A stretch of DNA of 64,000 bases from Botryllus schlosseri (Eukaryota): NCBI GenBank assembly GCA_051294905.1, contig CM119386.1, positions 2,852,001 to 2,916,000 of the forward strand. Direction: 5' to 3'. Under the pieces are notes generated by a model. That model was not told the DNA's origin. It saw only the letters and a program-made list of their open reading frames with translations, and searched no databases. The position numbers were made by a program, and so were the translations under genes. Shown piece by piece: positions 61,378 through 64,000 of this stretch; position 1 is the first letter of the stretch; every line of letters starts with the position of its first letter.

Positions 61378-62667
61378 CAGGCCTGTTTATTTTTGGATAA
61401 CGGGTTTTATTTTTGGAGATTCTCCAAAAATAAGATTTGAAAACATCCAAAAATAAGATTTTTTTGGATGATGTTTTCTCAAGTTTTTCAGTAAAATAAA
61501 CAATCCAGAGCGATGTAAACGACCAGAAAATTCATGAAACACACAAAAACACCATGTATGTGAGGGAGGGGTCACCGAAACGCTAAAACTACTTCCACTC
61601 AATCCACTTCACGTTTCTGCTGACCTTGCCCTCCCGCCCCTCCACCTTTGTACTCCTAGTTTCACAGTGCGACACGTATAGAAGACGGAAAGGCAGCTTG
61701 AGTGAGGCGAAGGGAACGGCGAAATCATAACCACCACCTCTGTCACGATCACTTCGTCCACAGGATGACGGGACTGATCTGCTGATGCTTCAAACGGCAG
61801 CACAACTTGATCCAGTAGATGGAAAGTGCGCGCCCCAAGTTTGTTGTCGCTCGTTTATAGTCAATGAAGTGGGTGGCCTCTTGGTTGACTGGAAACCGTA
61901 CCAAACTCCTTTAGGTTATGGACGAGAACAGTCCGAAGTGTGCACCTTCGCTGCAGTGGTGAATCCAGCTGATTGCTCTCGATCGCATGGTCACGGTCTC
62001 ACAGAGCTGAGCACCACCGTCGCGAAGCTTCATGGTCTTGACGTTCTGATCATGGAGCAGTAGGAGCTCATGCGCCTTATCGAACGCCTTTGGGCTCTGT
62101 GTCCAGGCGAGTACTGGGACAAAGAGGACCGCCACAAGGAAGGTTTTCTGGTCAGATGGTGTTGGGCTGTCAAGTTCAATGAGGCACGCAACTTCGTGGA
62201 GGATCAGAGGTTTCAAGCGCATTACTGACGAGCGCTTGTCAGGAGCAAAGGCTTGGAAGATTGGAGAATTTGAAGAATTATACATTCCTTCATTTTTGGG
62301 CCCCTTAACCTCGATGTTTCCCACAATTGCGACGTTCGAGGCCGATATCTCGAAAATCAAGTGGGATGAGGGTCTCGGCGGGGCGTCTCGCAATGATTGA
62401 TATTCTTTAGAAGGCATTCTTCATGTCAAAGACTAAATTTGTGAAGAATGTATTGGAAAGTTAGATCAAGATCACTGATGATATCTATGTGTTGGAGGAC
62501 TTGAATACATGATAATAACATACTTTTGGTGGAGTTTTTTAGTAGTAATAGGGCTCAAAACACCTTCATTTCTTATTTTTGGAGATTCTCCAAAAATAAA
62601 ATTTGAAAACATCCAAAACTAAGCTATTTTTGTTATTTTTGGAAAAATCCAAAAATAAACAGGCCTG
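61378..62667. mobile_element. hAT-like element with a GC-rich interrupted internal ORF
   Basis: Perfect 20-bp TIR CAGGCCTGTTTATTTTTGGA; perfect TSD GCTATCAA; minus-strand 168-aa ORF whose frame stays open beyond a single TAA. Confidence 0.94.
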
Positions 62668-64000
62668 GCTATCAACGATCTGTGATTAGGCTTTAGTTTA
62701 AGTAGTGTAAAATAGCATGATGCTTGATAAGCTTATCCTTGCAGACATTGGTTTACATAATGCATTGTTGATGCCAATTTGTGAAGGGACTGGCAACCTC
62801 AACCTATCAATCATTACTTACTACGTTGAATCGAAGGGTTATACTTCTGGGTATCTGGGTTCCTTGGTCATGTTGCAAATATGTTCTTCAAATAAGATCG
62901 GCATCCAACTGATTATTATCTTTTGTCTGATGTGATATATTGAGTATGTGATTTTTTTGAAGGGAAACTTATTGCCCGAAATGGCAAAACTTCTGTTACG
63001 GATTGAAAGTCATTCTCTGCTTGGGATCCTATTCTGTTGTCAAGTGAGGCTGTTAATTTGTTCACTATCATTCAGTCTATTTGTCTGTCCGAATCTGGAT
63101 TATTGTAGTTTTCTATCTGGGTTCAATACTCATATGAGAATTATCTTGTTGATATATCAGTATGGGAAATTCACATGCTCATACTAACGTGATTACTAGT
63201 GTGAAATCTACAATAGTCTATGCTTAGTAACGTCTCATAATTATTTTGAATCTGCAGCATTCATCACAAATATCTCAGTATGGTGTCTTTTATATAATGT
63301 TACGATGAAACAAGTACGCTGCTATTTCATCTACTCGATAAAGACCCATTGTAGACAAGACAGAATGTGATGAAGAGATATGAGAACTTGAAACAACCAA
63401 GTGAAGTTCATCAATTTAAGATCCACCGTTGCCAAGTGGTATTACAAGTATGAACATAAAAGTGACATTGATATTGTTCATGATCTCTGTTCTCTTTCTT
63501 CGACCCTTCTGTGATTCTGTCAATGCCTTTCCTTGTATATGTCCTTTGGCTGGTCCTTCTCTGGGCTTTTTTGGCAATGATGAGGTATGAACAGAGATAC
63601 AGGGAAGTAGGAGCTCAGAAGAGCCTCCTGCGTTTTGTAACATGTTATTGCTGAGACTCTAACCCTCTGGGTCTCTCTCCCTAGCACCGGGCACCCAGCT
63701 ATTTTTTTACCAAACTTTGCGTTGTCAATCTGTGCACATCCTTAATTGAGGCACACTGCTATATATCCATTTGACAAAGTGTTGATTTGTTTCGAAAACC
63801 TTATTTACTGGCACACCTTACAAATAAATAACTTCAATCATAACATTCTATATTCAGAGAAGACACCTGGAGTGAAATTATGCCTGCCTGGATGGATGTG
63901 CTTGAAGAGATATTTGATGATATAAAACGAGAAGCGTCTACTGTTGAATTCATAACGTTAGTTACTGAATGGAATGGTGATAATATTTGTGCGTTACCTG

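Overview
This is AT-rich animal (eukaryotic) genomic DNA with short GT-AG introns, not a prokaryotic locus. Most ORFs in the supplied track are shadow frames or transposon-internal noise. The lineage cannot be fixed from sequence alone; compact introns and dense MITEs would fit a marine invertebrate such as an ascidian, but that is a guess. Main content: (1) a complete, phase-consistent 10-exon minus-strand gene (29145 to 9032) for a secreted ~633-aa galaxin-like protein with 28 Cys-Cys doublets, a Thr-rich linker and an Arg-rich tail; (2) a partly reconstructed minus-strand TPR-repeat gene (about 46517 to 44476, with a probable GC-AG intron) plus further orphan exon candidates between 36.8 and 54.1 kb; (3) a decayed, intron-containing THAP/P-element-like locus at 3.4-7.0 kb; (4) 19 hAT-type elements with TIRs and recognisable 8-bp target-site duplications (TSDs), including a four-level nest at 31.5-35.2 kb, a composite family and a self-nested inverted copy; (5) long-TIR foldback MITEs, tRNA-derived SINEs, CR1/L2-type LINE 3' ends and a Penelope GIY-YIG remnant. 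I found no intact transposase, rRNA, true tRNA or CRISPR array, and nothing I can support as a wholly new system. The best leads are the galaxin-like gene, the transposon nest with its palindromic target motif, and the unannotated TPR gene.
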